DNA of 64,000 bases from an uncultured Candidatus Saccharibacteria bacterium (GCA_964514375.1 CAZEQH010000002.1:3742-67741); one strand, 5' to 3'; shown: positions 1 through 9,732, counted from the first letter of the stretch. Numbers and translations: made by a program. The notes: generated by a model not told the origin, from the letters alone.

Positions 1-416
1 TTATTACTGTTACCCAAAAAGGGCAGTTGAGAGGATGTATAGGGACATATCTTCCTACTAAGGACAATATTGCTCTGGAGATTATAGAAAACGCCTTAGC
101 TTCAGCTTCCCGGGACCCGAGATTCGAGAAAATTAGCGAAGAGGAGCTGCCTTATCTTGATTACTCGGTGTCTATTTTGAGCAAACCGGAGCAGGTAAAA
201 AATATTGAGGAACTGGATCCTGAGAAATACGGTATACTGGTCAGAAATTTTCCTGAAGATAAGAGATTAGGAATTAAGTCCGGACTTCTTTTACCTGACC
301 TGGAAGGGATAGAAACCAAACAAAAACAGGTCATTTTGGCCTGTTATAAAGCTGGTATTGATCCTGAAAAAGAAAAAATAGTTATTTTCAGATTTACTAC
401 TAAGGTCCATTCTTGA
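1..416 (+). CDS. AMMECR1 domain protein, 5' partial (gene starts before the window)
   Basis: In-frame LRGCIG motif at the window edge; DPRF and the rest of the AMMECR1-like fold follow. The listed ORF begins at an internal TTG. Confidence 0.6.
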   Translation, partial: ITVTQKGQLRGCIGTYLPTKDNIALEIIENALASASRDPRFEKISEEELPYLDYSVSILSKPEQVKNIEELDPEKYGILVRNFPEDKRLGIKSGLLLPDLEGIETKQKQVILACYKAGIDPEKEKIVIFRFTTKVHS

Positions 417-442
417 TTCTCGCCTATCCTCTTCCTCTTCTT

Positions 443-742
443 TTATATCTTCTCCATCAGTTCACGGACGAACGCCTTCATCTTCTTTAATTCCTCCCTT
501 CCTTTTTTAGTGGTGGAAAATGCTCTCTTTCCCCTGAACTTTTCTTTCTTTATATGTCCCTGGCTTCTTAACCTATAAAGGACGCGGGAGGTTAAGAGTC
601 TGCCTGGTAGGAACCCGAATTTCTCAAAAATCAATTTTCTGACTTCCTCTATAGGAATCTCCCTTTCGGTTCCCAAAAACAGGATATATACCCAAACATT
701 ATTTTCCGTATTTGATTTTTTAAACCTTTCAAAGGGTTCCAT
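443..742 (-). CDS. PadR-family winged-helix transcriptional regulator (paralog A)
   Basis: Aligns with the second PadR-like gene at 1928..2230 (MEPFERFKKSNTENNVWVYILFLG vs MLPLERLKKINTRENLWIYILSLL). Start moved to the internal Met to match the paralog. Confidence 0.55.
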   Translation of the reverse strand: MEPFERFKKSNTENNVWVYILFLGTEREIPIEEVRKLIFEKFGFLPGRLLTSRVLYRLRSQGHIKKEKFRGKRAFSTTKKGREELKKMKAFVRELMEKI

Positions 743-758
743 GGTTTTGATATAGAAA

Positions 759-1862
759 TTATCTTTCCCGTTTTCCCAGTATAAATTCTTCAACCATTTC
801 TCTGGCTTTTTCGTCACTGAACTGCTGGGGCGGATGCTTCATGAAGTAGGCTGAGCTGGAAATAAGGGGTCCTCCTATTTTTCTGTCCAGGGCAATCTTG
901 GCCAGCCTTACGGCATCTATAACACATCCCGCAGAATTGGGAGAGTCCTCTACCTTAAGGCGCATTTCCAGTTCCATGGGTATGTCGCCAAACTGGCGGC
1001 CTTCCAGGCGTATGAAGGCAATTTTCCTGTCCTTCAGCCAGGGCACGTAGTCTGAGGGGCCGATGTGGAGGTTGTCATAACTGAGTCTTTTAGACAGCTG
1101 AGACTCTACGCTTTCCGTTTTGGAAAGTTTTTTTGACTTCAATCGCTTTCGGGAAAGCATGTTCAGGAAATCCGTATTGCCTCCTACGTTAAGCTGATAA
1201 GAATAGTCGACGTTCACTCCTCTTTCTGAGAAAAGATGACCCAGCACCCTATGTACAATGGTGGCTCCCACTTGGCTCTTAATATCGTCTCCTATGACGG
1301 GCAGGTTTTTCTTCTCAAACTTTTCTGCCCAGATAGGGTCTGAAGCCACGAAAACGGGAATGCAGTTAACCAGGGCGCAGTTGGCTTTCAGAGCTTCTGC
1401 GGCATAGAACTTAATGGCTTTTTCTGAGCCTACCGGCAGGAAATTAACCAGGATCTGGACTCCGGATTTTTTAAGCTCTGCGGATACATTGACCGGTTTC
1501 TGTTTTGCCGCTACAAACACTCTGTCTTGGGGATAGTTTTTCATATGTTCCGCTACTCCATCCATAACCGGTCCCATTTTTACTTTTACTCCCAAATTTG
1601 GTATCTTGGAATAGAAGACTTTGGTACAATTGGGCTTGGAAAATATGGCCTGGGAAACATCCTTCCCTACTTTCCTCTTGTCTACCTCAAAGGCTGCTGC
1701 TATCTTAATGTCAAAGGGCTTATATCCGCCTACCAGATTATGCATCAAACCCGGTATGAGGGAATCATCGTCCTTTACTTCCTTGTAATAGAATATCCCC
1801 TGTATGAGAGCTGAGGCGCAGTTACCCAATCCGGCAATAGCGATTTTGATAGGTTTAGACAT
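759..1862 (-). CDS. myo-inositol-1-phosphate synthase family protein (archaeal/bacterial short type)
   Basis: N-term MSKPIKIAIAGLGNCAS (Rossmann fold). VIGDDIKSQVGAT matches the MIPS GDDxKSGQTK region, and YQLNVGGNTDF matches SYNHLGNNDG. Start trimmed to the internal Met. A TTGACA-16-TAAAAT promoter lies upstream on the minus strand (plus coordinates about 1883-1909). Confidence 0.55.
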   Translation of the reverse strand: MSKPIKIAIAGLGNCASALIQGIFYYKEVKDDDSLIPGLMHNLVGGYKPFDIKIAAAFEVDKRKVGKDVSQAIFSKPNCTKVFYSKIPNLGVKVKMGPVMDGVAEHMKNYPQDRVFVAAKQKPVNVSAELKKSGVQILVNFLPVGSEKAIKFYAAEALKANCALVNCIPVFVASDPIWAEKFEKKNLPVIGDDIKSQVGATIVHRVLGHLFSERGVNVDYSYQLNVGGNTDFLNMLSRKRLKSKKLSKTESVESQLSKRLSYDNLHIGPSDYVPWLKDRKIAFIRLEGRQFGDIPMELEMRLKVEDSPNSAGCVIDAVRLAKIALDRKIGGPLISSSAYFMKHPPQQFSDEKAREMVEEFILGKRER

Positions 1863-1927
1863 TGTTTTATTATTATAAAATATTTTACGCTTGTAAAATA
1901 ACTTGTCAAGGAACAGGTTGTGCAAAA

Positions 1928-2230
1928 ATGCTTCCCTTAGAGCGTCTTAAAAAAATTAATACCAGAGAAAATCTATGGATTTATATACTTTCTCTGCTGA
2001 CGGAGAGAGAGGTTTACGGTTGGGAAATTCCCAAAATGATAGAGGAAAGATTTAACTTCAAGCCTGGCAAGATTACTCCCTACCGCGTCCTATACGACCT
2101 GGAAAAAGAAGGGTTTGTTACGAGCAATATGAAGAAAAGAAGAAAATTTTACAAGATTACCGCCAAAGGCCGGGAAGAGTTAGTGAGAGCGAAGGGTTTC
2201 TACAAAAATATTCTGGAAGTGCTAAAATAG
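1928..2230 (+). CDS. PadR-family transcriptional regulator (paralog B)
   Basis: Winged-helix PadR-like sequence (WIYILSLLTEREVYGWEI ... YRVLYDLEKEGFV). Transcribed divergently from the MIPS gene. Confidence 0.6.
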   Translation: MLPLERLKKINTRENLWIYILSLLTEREVYGWEIPKMIEERFNFKPGKITPYRVLYDLEKEGFVTSNMKKRRKFYKITAKGREELVRAKGFYKNILEVLK

Positions 2231-2235
2231 CTCCT

Positions 2236-2751
2236 ATGGCTAAAGACCCTATGGTTAAAAGAAAAAAAACATCACCAGATAAGAAGAAAGAATCTAAGAA
2301 AAGTAAGACTCGGAGGAAAACCGCTTCAAAGAAACAAGAAGAAACCAAAATCCAGAAAATCGTCAATCATTATTTTCACACCAAAGGATTAAGTTTAGAG
2401 GAAATCAAGGATGATGCCAGGAAGAAGAAAATCATTTATTCCAGATTTACCAGGCCGGCCAAGCAGCTTTTGGAGCTGGCGGGCTCTGTGAATAAAGCTG
2501 AGGCCGCCATCGATAAAGTGGCAGAATGGGCTAATTCCCGCCATCTGGATTATGCCATAGAAACCGTTTTTAAAAAGTGGCTGGAGCTGGACAGACTTAA
2601 ACCCAAGGAGATAGTTAAAAAGCCCTACTACAGAGGCAACGCCATGGTCTGGTCGGAAACTGAGAAGAAATGGTATGTTATCAGTGAGGACGGCGATTGG
2701 CTTGAATTTGCCGGTGAAGAATCAGACATCGAATGGCGCATCATTAAATAA
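2236..2751 (+). CDS. hypothetical protein with Lys-rich N-terminus
   Basis: 171-aa ORF with a basic, low-complexity N-terminal 40 aa. No motif recognised. Confidence 0.4.
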   Translation: MAKDPMVKRKKTSPDKKKESKKSKTRRKTASKKQEETKIQKIVNHYFHTKGLSLEEIKDDARKKKIIYSRFTRPAKQLLELAGSVNKAEAAIDKVAEWANSRHLDYAIETVFKKWLELDRLKPKEIVKKPYYRGNAMVWSETEKKWYVISEDGDWLEFAGEESDIEWRIIK

Positions 2752-2773
2752 AATAATAAATTAGATTACCACA

Positions 2774-3337
2774 ATGCTTTCATACTCAGAATTATCAAAA
2801 GGAGACCAGATTATCATGAACGGTGACCCCTACGAGATAGTAGAGGCTTCTTCAACGGTCAAAGCCAGGGGTAGTTCGGTGCTGCAGGTAAGGATTAGAA
2901 ACCTTAAGACCGGAAGCGTTATTTCCGACACCTTCCATCCTTCAGACTCTTTCGAGGAAGCCCAGATCAGCAAGATAGCAGCCAAGTTCCTCTACTCTCA
3001 CAGAGGGGAATATGTCTTCTGCGAGCAGGATAACCCTTCCAAAAGATTTTCTCTGTCAGAAGATAAAATCGGAGACAAAAAGAGCTTTTTTAAAGCCAAT
3101 CAGGAAGTGGAAGCCTTTGTATTCGAGAACGAGGTTATTAACGTTTCTCTGCCCATTAAGATTAATCTCAAAGTAACCCAAGCTCCCCCGGGCATCAAGG
3201 GAGACAGGTCGCAGTCCGGAACTAAAATCGTTACTTTGGAGAGCGGAGCTAAAGTAAATGCCCCTCTCTTTGTGGAGAGCGGAGACATAATTGAAGTAAA
3301 TACTGAAAGCGGAGAATACGTGAGAAGGATTGAGTGA
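2774..3337 (+). CDS. efp: elongation factor P
   Basis: 187 aa with three-domain EF-P architecture. KOW-like N-terminus (GDPYEIVE) and a C-terminal KGDRSQSGTK...GEYVRR match. Confidence 0.85.
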   Translation: MLSYSELSKGDQIIMNGDPYEIVEASSTVKARGSSVLQVRIRNLKTGSVISDTFHPSDSFEEAQISKIAAKFLYSHRGEYVFCEQDNPSKRFSLSEDKIGDKKSFFKANQEVEAFVFENEVINVSLPIKINLKVTQAPPGIKGDRSQSGTKIVTLESGAKVNAPLFVESGDIIEVNTESGEYVRRIE

Positions 3338-3351
3338 TTGCAATCCTATCC

Positions 3352-3966
3352 CTACTTCCTCCTTTTCGGAGTCCACAATTCACCCCACCAGCGGCTGGGG
3401 TTTTGTTTTTTAACTTCTTCAGCTATTTTTTTAGCTAATTCCGTAAACATGCGCTGATGCTCCTGGTCTTTCCTTTTGGATTTGCCGTTCCCATTATCTT
3501 TAAGCCAGCTGGCGGCTTCTTTATTTCCCTGCAGTTCGTATTCTTTCAGCAGGAAGATTTCATCCAATCTGTCTGCGTCCTTGGCGATACGCGCTTCTAA
3601 GCTTTCCCTTCCCTGGTATTCCTCAGACAATTCCAGCAGCTCTGCAGAATGCGGCAGACCTTTGAGCTGTCCTTGTCTTATTTCTTCTTCAAATATCTTG
3701 ACGTACCTCTTATGCACCCAGTTTTGGTCGCCGCACCTGGTTTCTTCAATGTCGTGGAGCAGGCACATTTTTACCACCTTATCTGCGTCGGCTTCAAGCT
3801 CTTTAGCCAGGAAATAACCGATAACGGCCGTCCTGAAGGAATGAGATGCAATGTTGTCGCTGGGGTCCGAACTTAAGAAGGCCTGCTGGTGCATCCTCAT
3901 TATTTTTCTCAGTGTTCCCATTTCATATAAGAAGGAAACTAATTCTTTGATTTTGTTATTTTTCAT
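3352..3966 (-). CDS. HD-domain phosphohydrolase (YfbR-like 5'-deoxynucleotidase family)
   Basis: HSFRTA ... LLHDIEETRCGD: H..HD....D metal-binding motifs. Confidence 0.65.
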   Translation of the reverse strand: MKNNKIKELVSFLYEMGTLRKIMRMHQQAFLSSDPSDNIASHSFRTAVIGYFLAKELEADADKVVKMCLLHDIEETRCGDQNWVHKRYVKIFEEEIRQGQLKGLPHSAELLELSEEYQGRESLEARIAKDADRLDEIFLLKEYELQGNKEAASWLKDNGNGKSKRKDQEHQRMFTELAKKIAEEVKKQNPSRWWGELWTPKRRK

Positions 3967-3969
3967 AGT

Positions 3970-4779
3970 TTATAATATAGCTTTTTCTGCTTTTAATCTG
4001 CAGTCGCAGGTTTTTCTTTCAGGGATGTCTTTAATTATTTCCGAAATTAAAATTTTTAACTTCTCGGTGTTTTCCTGAAACGTGTTTATAATTTGTTCTA
4101 TGGAAACAGGTTCCATTTTTTTCCGAGAATAAATACCCACGTCGTAATCTGTGACCAGGGAGATGTTAAGATAGCAGATGCCCAGTTCAGCAGCCAGCAC
4201 CGCTTCCGGATACTGAGTCATATTTACTAGGTCCCATCCCATTCCCGAAAACCAGAGGCTTTCAGCCAAAGTAGAAAATCTCGGTCCTTCAATAACCACC
4301 ACGGTGCCTTTGGGATGAAATTTCAATTTCAATCTCTCGGCCTGCTTTGCGGCATTTCTTCGCATCTGCGGACAATAAGGATTGGCCGTGGAAATGTGGG
4401 CCACCTTGGGGCCGTCAAAAAAAGTGTCCTTTCTTGATTTGGTGCGGTCTACAAACTGGTCGCAGAAAACAAAGTCACCGGGCTTGATACCCGTTTTCAG
4501 AGAGCCCACGGCGGAAGGAGCAATAATCCGGCTGACGCCTAATTTATCCAAGGCCGCGATATTGGCCCTGTAAGGTACTTTATGAGGAGGTAGCTGATGC
4601 TTTGCTCCATGGCGAGGGAGGAAGGCAACGTTAGTATTCCCCACTCTTCCTATGGTAACGGCGCAGCTTGGGAGGCCGAATCTGGTTTTTACTTCTAATT
4701 TCGAAGTTTTTCCCTTGAAAAAACTGTAAAAACCCGTCCCACCTATGATTCCTATGGATGAGGCACGTTTCTGCTCCAT
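3970..4779 (-). CDS. mtnP: S-methyl-5'-thioadenosine / purine nucleoside phosphorylase
   Basis: IGIIGGTGFY N-terminus; C-terminal VNMTQYPEAVLAAELGICYLNISLVTDYD signature of the MTAP/PNP family. Confidence 0.8.
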   Translation of the reverse strand: MEQKRASSIGIIGGTGFYSFFKGKTSKLEVKTRFGLPSCAVTIGRVGNTNVAFLPRHGAKHQLPPHKVPYRANIAALDKLGVSRIIAPSAVGSLKTGIKPGDFVFCDQFVDRTKSRKDTFFDGPKVAHISTANPYCPQMRRNAAKQAERLKLKFHPKGTVVVIEGPRFSTLAESLWFSGMGWDLVNMTQYPEAVLAAELGICYLNISLVTDYDVGIYSRKKMEPVSIEQIINTFQENTEKLKILISEIIKDIPERKTCDCRLKAEKAIL

Positions 4780-4782
4780 TGT

Positions 4783-5319
4783 TTAATAACTGGCCAAACA
4801 CCTTATCTTATAACCTTTGAGTTTCTTTCTTCCCTTGAGAGCCTTCAATTCTATTAGAAAATCTATTCCGGCTATTTTGCCTTTCAGTCTTTTAACCAGG
4901 TTAACGGCGGCCTTCATAGTGCCTCCAGTGGCCAAAACGTCATCTACGATAACAATCCTTTCCGCAGGCATTATGGAATCCTTATGTATTTCAACGGTAT
5001 TGCTGGCATACTCCAGGGAATACTTCTGGGAAATCTTTTCAGCGGGCAGTTTTCCCTGTTTTCTTATTATGGCAATCCCTGTTTTTAACTTATACGCTAA
5101 ACCTGCAGCCATGATAAATCCCCTGGCATCTATACCCACAATTTTGTCTATTTTTTGCGAAACGTAGGGTTCAGCCAATGCATTGATAACTTTCCTGAAT
5201 GTAAACCCATCCTGCAGAAGAGGCGTGATATCCTTAAAGTCCACTCCCCTTTTAGGCCAGTCTGGTATTTCTCTTATCCTCTCCTTTATCAGTTTTTCCA
5301 TTTTTTTATTTTTTGCCAT
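4783..5319 (-). CDS. apt: adenine phosphoribosyltransferase
   Basis: PRPP-binding motif VIVDDVLATGGTM; length 178 aa. Confidence 0.85.
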   Translation of the reverse strand: MAKNKKMEKLIKERIREIPDWPKRGVDFKDITPLLQDGFTFRKVINALAEPYVSQKIDKIVGIDARGFIMAAGLAYKLKTGIAIIRKQGKLPAEKISQKYSLEYASNTVEIHKDSIMPAERIVIVDDVLATGGTMKAAVNLVKRLKGKIAGIDFLIELKALKGRKKLKGYKIRCLASY

Positions 5320-5328
5320 AATCTCTTG

Positions 5329-5931
5329 TCACCATTTTAATAAAAACTCATGGCAGTTGTCTCCCCTGAAAACGCATTTCGTTTCTTCGCAGGTTGCCTC
5401 TTTACCTACTATCATCTGGATGGCCTTGGAAAAATATCCGGAAAAAATTTGGCAGTACAGAGGATGGGCGCTGAAATCTTCCACTCTCAGCACAATAATG
5501 TTTTTCTCTTTATCGCGCATTACTATCTTTAAATGCCCCAGATCTCCTCCTTTTTCCCAGAGATTATCAGCTTCCTTGGTGAGTTTTTCCAGGGAAATAA
5601 AATATTTCATAAAGAGTTTGATAAGGAGAGAGAATTTTACTCCGAATTTCCCTATCTCCCTGAATTTTTCATCAGGATAGCGAAACAGTTTTTTTATTGT
5701 TATCAGGGTTGCCAACTCCATTCTCAGCGGATAAAAATCCATGGCTTTTATTTCTTTGTATTGTACGGGATAACCGGCTTCGGCCATGGCCCTTTCCAGC
5801 CTTTCTAATCCTTCCGGGCCCTCTTTTTCATAAATAAAATCGGCGTGAGCCTTCATCCCCATGCCTCTAACCTGGCCTTTGGCTTCTTCTAATTTTTTTG
5901 TTTCTTCTTCTGAAAATTTTTCCTGAGACAT
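5329..5931 (-). CDS. uncharacterized ~200-aa paralog family, member 1 of 9 (C-terminal CxETKCxxxGDxxHEFxxxW motif)
   Basis: Shares the family motifs: VRG near residue 20, EGxEGLExLE, MDFYP, KLFMKYF, and C-terminal TCEETKCVFRGDNCHEFLLKW. Confidence 0.7.
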   Translation of the reverse strand: MSQEKFSEEETKKLEEAKGQVRGMGMKAHADFIYEKEGPEGLERLERAMAEAGYPVQYKEIKAMDFYPLRMELATLITIKKLFRYPDEKFREIGKFGVKFSLLIKLFMKYFISLEKLTKEADNLWEKGGDLGHLKIVMRDKEKNIIVLRVEDFSAHPLYCQIFSGYFSKAIQMIVGKEATCEETKCVFRGDNCHEFLLKW

Positions 5932-6040
5932 AATGCTTTTATAATTTTAGCAGAAATAATCATTCCCATACAGGCTTTGAGTTTGTAAAATGATACAATC
6001 TCTTATAAAATACTAATAATAAATACTGTTTGAAAATCTT

Positions 6041-6262
6041 GTGTTTAATTTCTTTCCTTTACTCTTTGCTATAATTCTTATTGCCTACGCTTGGTATTCT
6101 TTTTCCATAATCTACCATCTCATTAGATTTGGAATTGGTAAACATCCAAAGGTCCTTGCATTAGTCTTCTTTTTCGGCTCTTTTTTGTTATTTGCCCTTT
6201 TCTTGTTTTCTTACAACAGGGTTGATTGGAAACAAATGCTCGAATTTCTATTCCATAGTTAA
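6041..6262 (+). CDS. small hydrophobic membrane protein (2 TM), hypothetical
   Basis: 73-aa ORF with two hydrophobic helices. No homology recognised; could be spurious. Confidence 0.3.
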   Translation: MFNFFPLLFAIILIAYAWYSFSIIYHLIRFGIGKHPKVLALVFFFGSFLLFALFLFSYNRVDWKQMLEFLFHS

Positions 6263-6272
6263 TTTTTCATCT

Positions 6273-6797
6273 ATGTCTATTTTTTCAGCATCAACCAACA
6301 GTTTCCGCAGAGAGGCGCCGGAAGAAAAAACAATCCTGGTTACCAGGAAACACGAGATAAATTTACTTATGCCTCTCTATACTGCTTTGGGGATAGCCTT
6401 AATACCATTTTTAATTTATCTTTCCATCAAATCTCAATCCTGGTACTACGTTTTTTCCGCCCTTTACTGGTCGCTGTACTTCCTTTATCTGCTCGTGCTC
6501 TGGAGCTTGGCTTTTTATAACGTCATGATTTATTTCCTCAATAACGTTGTCGTGACCGACAGGAGGGTGATAGAAAATCACCAGCGAGGATTTTTCAATC
6601 ACGAATCAAACGAACTGGAGCTGGATAAAATCCAGGATATCTCTGTTAAGATTGCGGGTTCTGTGGCTCATTTCCTGGATTTTGGAGATATAGAAATCCA
6701 GAGCGCAGGGACTGATAGAAAGTTTATTTTTACCAGGCTTCCTAATCCCGAGAAGATAAAAGAAACCATAATGCAGCTGAAAATGAAATCCGGATGA
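6273..6797 (+). CDS. bacterial PH-domain (YdbS/YdbT-like, DUF304) membrane protein
   Basis: Two N-terminal TM helices followed by VVTDRRVIENHQRGFFNHESNELELDKIQDISV ... DFGDIEIQSAG. Start chosen at an internal Met to avoid overlapping the upstream small ORF; the true start is uncertain. Confidence 0.5.
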   Translation: MSIFSASTNSFRREAPEEKTILVTRKHEINLLMPLYTALGIALIPFLIYLSIKSQSWYYVFSALYWSLYFLYLLVLWSLAFYNVMIYFLNNVVVTDRRVIENHQRGFFNHESNELELDKIQDISVKIAGSVAHFLDFGDIEIQSAGTDRKFIFTRLPNPEKIKETIMQLKMKSG

Positions 6798-6817
6798 TTT
6801 TTAATTTACCGCAGAAG

Positions 6818-6846
6818 AAAAACGGAGCCTGGAGCTCCGCTTTTAA
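6818..6846. terminator. bidirectional intrinsic terminator between convergent genes
   Basis: AAAAA-CGGAGC-ctgga-GCTCCG-C-TTTT hairpin with an A-tract upstream and a T-tract downstream. Confidence 0.55.
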
Positions 6847-6861
6847 TTTGTGAAAAGATTT

Positions 6862-7413
6862 CTATCGGCCTTCTGCAGCGAAACATGCCGCGCACACCGG
6901 TTTGTAGACATATGTTCCATCATCCGGCACCACGGAGGGAAGACCTCTTAATATGGGATTGGAATCCTTGAATATCTGGGTATATACAGCTTTCCTGCTG
7001 CCGCATTTTTCGCACAAAGATTTTCTATATTCCACTTTTTCGGGATTTAACGTTAAAAGATTTTTGATAATAAGAAAGGTTTGCCCGCGGTAATCTTTAT
7101 CCAGGCCGGAAGCCACTATCGTCATATTGTCCTCCATCATATCCTTGACGGCCTTATAATCATCAGGTTCAAACATATGTATTTCGTCCAATCCTATTAT
7201 AGCTCCTTTCATTTTTGGTATTTCAAAAAGACTCTTGATTTTTTTAGCTTTCATGTAGACTCCTTCTCGGGATACTATGAGGTCGTCTCTTACGTTCCTG
7301 AGGGGCTGGAACAGTGAAAAGGGAATGTTATTTTTCTGGAGTGCTCTAAAACAGGAAATCAATCTCAGGGATTTGCCGCTTTTCATCGGTCCCAGGATTA
7401 AATGCAGTTTCAT
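6862..7413 (-). CDS. tdk: thymidine kinase
   Basis: P-loop ILGPMKSGKS, IGLDEIHMF (Walker B), C-terminal zinc-ribbon cysteines (CEKCG ... CAAC). Confidence 0.8.
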   Translation of the reverse strand: MKLHLILGPMKSGKSLRLISCFRALQKNNIPFSLFQPLRNVRDDLIVSREGVYMKAKKIKSLFEIPKMKGAIIGLDEIHMFEPDDYKAVKDMMEDNMTIVASGLDKDYRGQTFLIIKNLLTLNPEKVEYRKSLCEKCGSRKAVYTQIFKDSNPILRGLPSVVPDDGTYVYKPVCAACFAAEGR

Positions 7414-7419
7414 AAAAAT

Positions 7420-8508
7420 TTAATTGATTAAACCGATTATTTTTTCCTCGATTTCAGAAAGCGGATTATAAATAATCTTTTTGGCAGAATAATTCAAGGA
7501 AGAGTGTATTAATCCGTGTACCGTCGCACACCCTTCCTGGTCTGTGACATTAACGGCTCCCGTAGGCCTTCTGAATATAGGTTTTGCCCCATTCCTTGCG
7601 CTTTTTCTGTCTTCTTCTCCAAGAAAGCTTTCTGAGACGTCTTTATCCTCCATTCCCCCGAAGTCCGGAAGGAAAATAAAATTAATTTCTTCAAAGAGTA
7701 AATTGCTGCAGGCAGTGTCCTTGACGGCATTCCTTAATCTTTTATTTTCCTTCAGGAAAGAACTTACGATGTCAAATCTGCTTGTAAACGAAGCAGTGCT
7801 GCTGTATTCCTTTTTGTCAATTTCCAGGAGTCGGTTTTTTTTGTCGGGAAAAAAATATTTTCCTTCCCTCTCCTTTTCCAGCCGGCTTATGAACTCTGCT
7901 GCTCTGGTTATGTCTTTTCCTGTAAAATACTTGCCTAAAAGTCCTTTTTGCGATTCAGGAAGGGAAATAATATAAAGATATTTTGTTTCATCTCTCGATA
8001 GGTTCTTTTCCAATAATGCCTGCAGCTTGTCCATCAGCTGAAATCTTTTATCATGGGAAAGCCCTTCTTCTTTGATTACTTCAATGCGGATGGTGTCTTT
8101 ATCGGCGCCTATAATGGAGATTCCGCTCCTTTTTTCTCCCGAAGGGAACTTTCTTTCCCACTCAACCATCGTTTCTTTACTATCCTTGAATTTCTTGAAA
8201 TAAAAGGCAGCAATAATTATCTCAAAAATTACCAATTGCTGCTCCCACCATCCGGAACTGCTTAACAGTTTACTCAATATTTTAGGAAGATACTTTTCTT
8301 TGTCTCTTTCCTTGATAATATTGATTGCCGCAGTAAGTCTAGGATAGATGAGAGGGTGGCAGAGAGAATTGAAGAGAGGATGCCTCATCCCGCTATCTCC
8401 TTCTCCCATTATCAAATCAAGATACTTTTTTGGCAGCCTGTTCTCAAACAATTCTATATTGGTTCTCACCTTTTCTTCGTCGGTTTTTTGTTTTCCATCC
8501 ATTGGCAT
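7420..8508 (-). CDS. hypothetical protein (362 aa)
   Basis: Long ORF with good coding appearance and no recognisable motif. Confidence 0.45.
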   Translation of the reverse strand: MPMDGKQKTDEEKVRTNIELFENRLPKKYLDLIMGEGDSGMRHPLFNSLCHPLIYPRLTAAINIIKERDKEKYLPKILSKLLSSSGWWEQQLVIFEIIIAAFYFKKFKDSKETMVEWERKFPSGEKRSGISIIGADKDTIRIEVIKEEGLSHDKRFQLMDKLQALLEKNLSRDETKYLYIISLPESQKGLLGKYFTGKDITRAAEFISRLEKEREGKYFFPDKKNRLLEIDKKEYSSTASFTSRFDIVSSFLKENKRLRNAVKDTACSNLLFEEINFIFLPDFGGMEDKDVSESFLGEEDRKSARNGAKPIFRRPTGAVNVTDQEGCATVHGLIHSSLNYSAKKIIYNPLSEIEEKIIGLIN

Positions 8509-8510
8509 AT

Positions 8511-8545
8511 TATAACAATTAGAAAAGGCGATTTGAAATCGCCTT
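8511..8545 (-). terminator. intrinsic terminator after greA
   Basis: AAGGCGATT-tga-AATCGCCTT hairpin followed on the minus strand by TTTTCTAATTGTT. Confidence 0.5.
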
Positions 8546-8575
8546 GACGTTAATGAGGAACTTTCAAACGCTTTC

Positions 8576-9028
8576 TTATTCCACTTTAATAATCTTATAA
8601 ATCTTGTCTCCTTCCGGCGTTTTCACCTTAATTTTGTCGCTTTTCTCTTTATTCAGGAGAGCGCTGCCCAAAGGAGACTGGTACGATATTTTTCCCGCCA
8701 TAATATCTACCTCTTCCGGAGCTACTATCTTAAACTTGTTTTCTTCTCCGTTTGACCCGACTAAAACAGTAGAGCCGACTTGGACCCTGCCATTTTCTTT
8801 CTTGCTGACGACCTTGGCCTGGGAAATTATTTCTTTCAGCTCTATAATCCTTCCTTCCACAAAGCCTTGGGCATCTTTGGCTTCGTCATAGGCTGCGTTC
8901 TCGCTGAGGTCCCCGAAAGCAGCCGCATATTTTATCCTTTCGGATATTTCCTTTCTCTTTACTGTTTCCAGATATTCCAACTCCTCCTTCAGTTTTTTTA
9001 GTCCTTCTGCTGTAAAATATTTTATCAT
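8576..9028 (-). CDS. greA: transcription elongation factor GreA
   Basis: N-terminal coiled coil with LSENAAYDEAKDAQGFVEGRI and a C-terminal FKBP-like domain; 150 aa. Confidence 0.85.
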   Translation of the reverse strand: MIKYFTAEGLKKLKEELEYLETVKRKEISERIKYAAAFGDLSENAAYDEAKDAQGFVEGRIIELKEIISQAKVVSKKENGRVQVGSTVLVGSNGEENKFKIVAPEEVDIMAGKISYQSPLGSALLNKEKSDKIKVKTPEGDKIYKIIKVE

Positions 9029-9135
9029 GTTTGATTTTTGGATAAAATTTGTATCGTATATATTAACAGATTATTTTAAAAAATAAAATGTCCGGCCTTC
9101 ATGCGCCGGAAGATTATTTCTTATTTTCGAAACTT

Positions 9136-9732
9136 TTACCACTTTATACTGAACTCGTAATAATTATCCCCTCTATCTATTGATTTTGTCAAATCGCATT
9201 TAGCAGGTTTTCCCGTTACCATCTTTACTATGCTGGAAAAATATCCCGTAAGGTCCTCAAAAAAGATGGAGTGAAGTCTGAAATTCTCCAATCTCACCAC
9301 AGCACGATTTTCCTCCGGTTTATAATCATGTATTTTTAATTCCCCTACCGTGTAGTATTTGCTCCATATCCTCGGCACTTCTTTAAGAAGTCTCTCTACG
9401 GAAAAAAAGTATTTCATAAAAAGCTTGATGATAAGGGATACCTTGGCGTTATTGGCTCCCAGTTCTCCCATTTTTTCTTTGGAATAGTTAAAGAGTTTTT
9501 TGATAATTACTAGATAGAGACCCCATAATTGCAGAGGGTAAAAATCCATAGCCCTTATCTCTTCGCGCTTTATGGGATGTCCTAACTCGGCCATAGTTTT
9601 TTCTAGTTTCTCAAGACCTTCCTTCCCCTCTTCCTTCAATATGAAATCCGATGTAGTTTTGAGGGCCACTCCCCTTACTTCTCCCGTAGCTTTATTCAGC
9701 TCCTCTATTTCTTTTTCTGTTATTAATTTCAT
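9136..9732 (-). CDS. uncharacterized paralog family, member 2 of 9
   Basis: VRGVALK, EGKEGLEKLE, MDFYPL, KLFMKYF, C-terminal KCDLTKSIDRGDNYYEFSIKW. Confidence 0.7.
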   Translation of the reverse strand: MKLITEKEIEELNKATGEVRGVALKTTSDFILKEEGKEGLEKLEKTMAELGHPIKREEIRAMDFYPLQLWGLYLVIIKKLFNYSKEKMGELGANNAKVSLIIKLFMKYFFSVERLLKEVPRIWSKYYTVGELKIHDYKPEENRAVVRLENFRLHSIFFEDLTGYFSSIVKMVTGKPAKCDLTKSIDRGDNYYEFSIKW

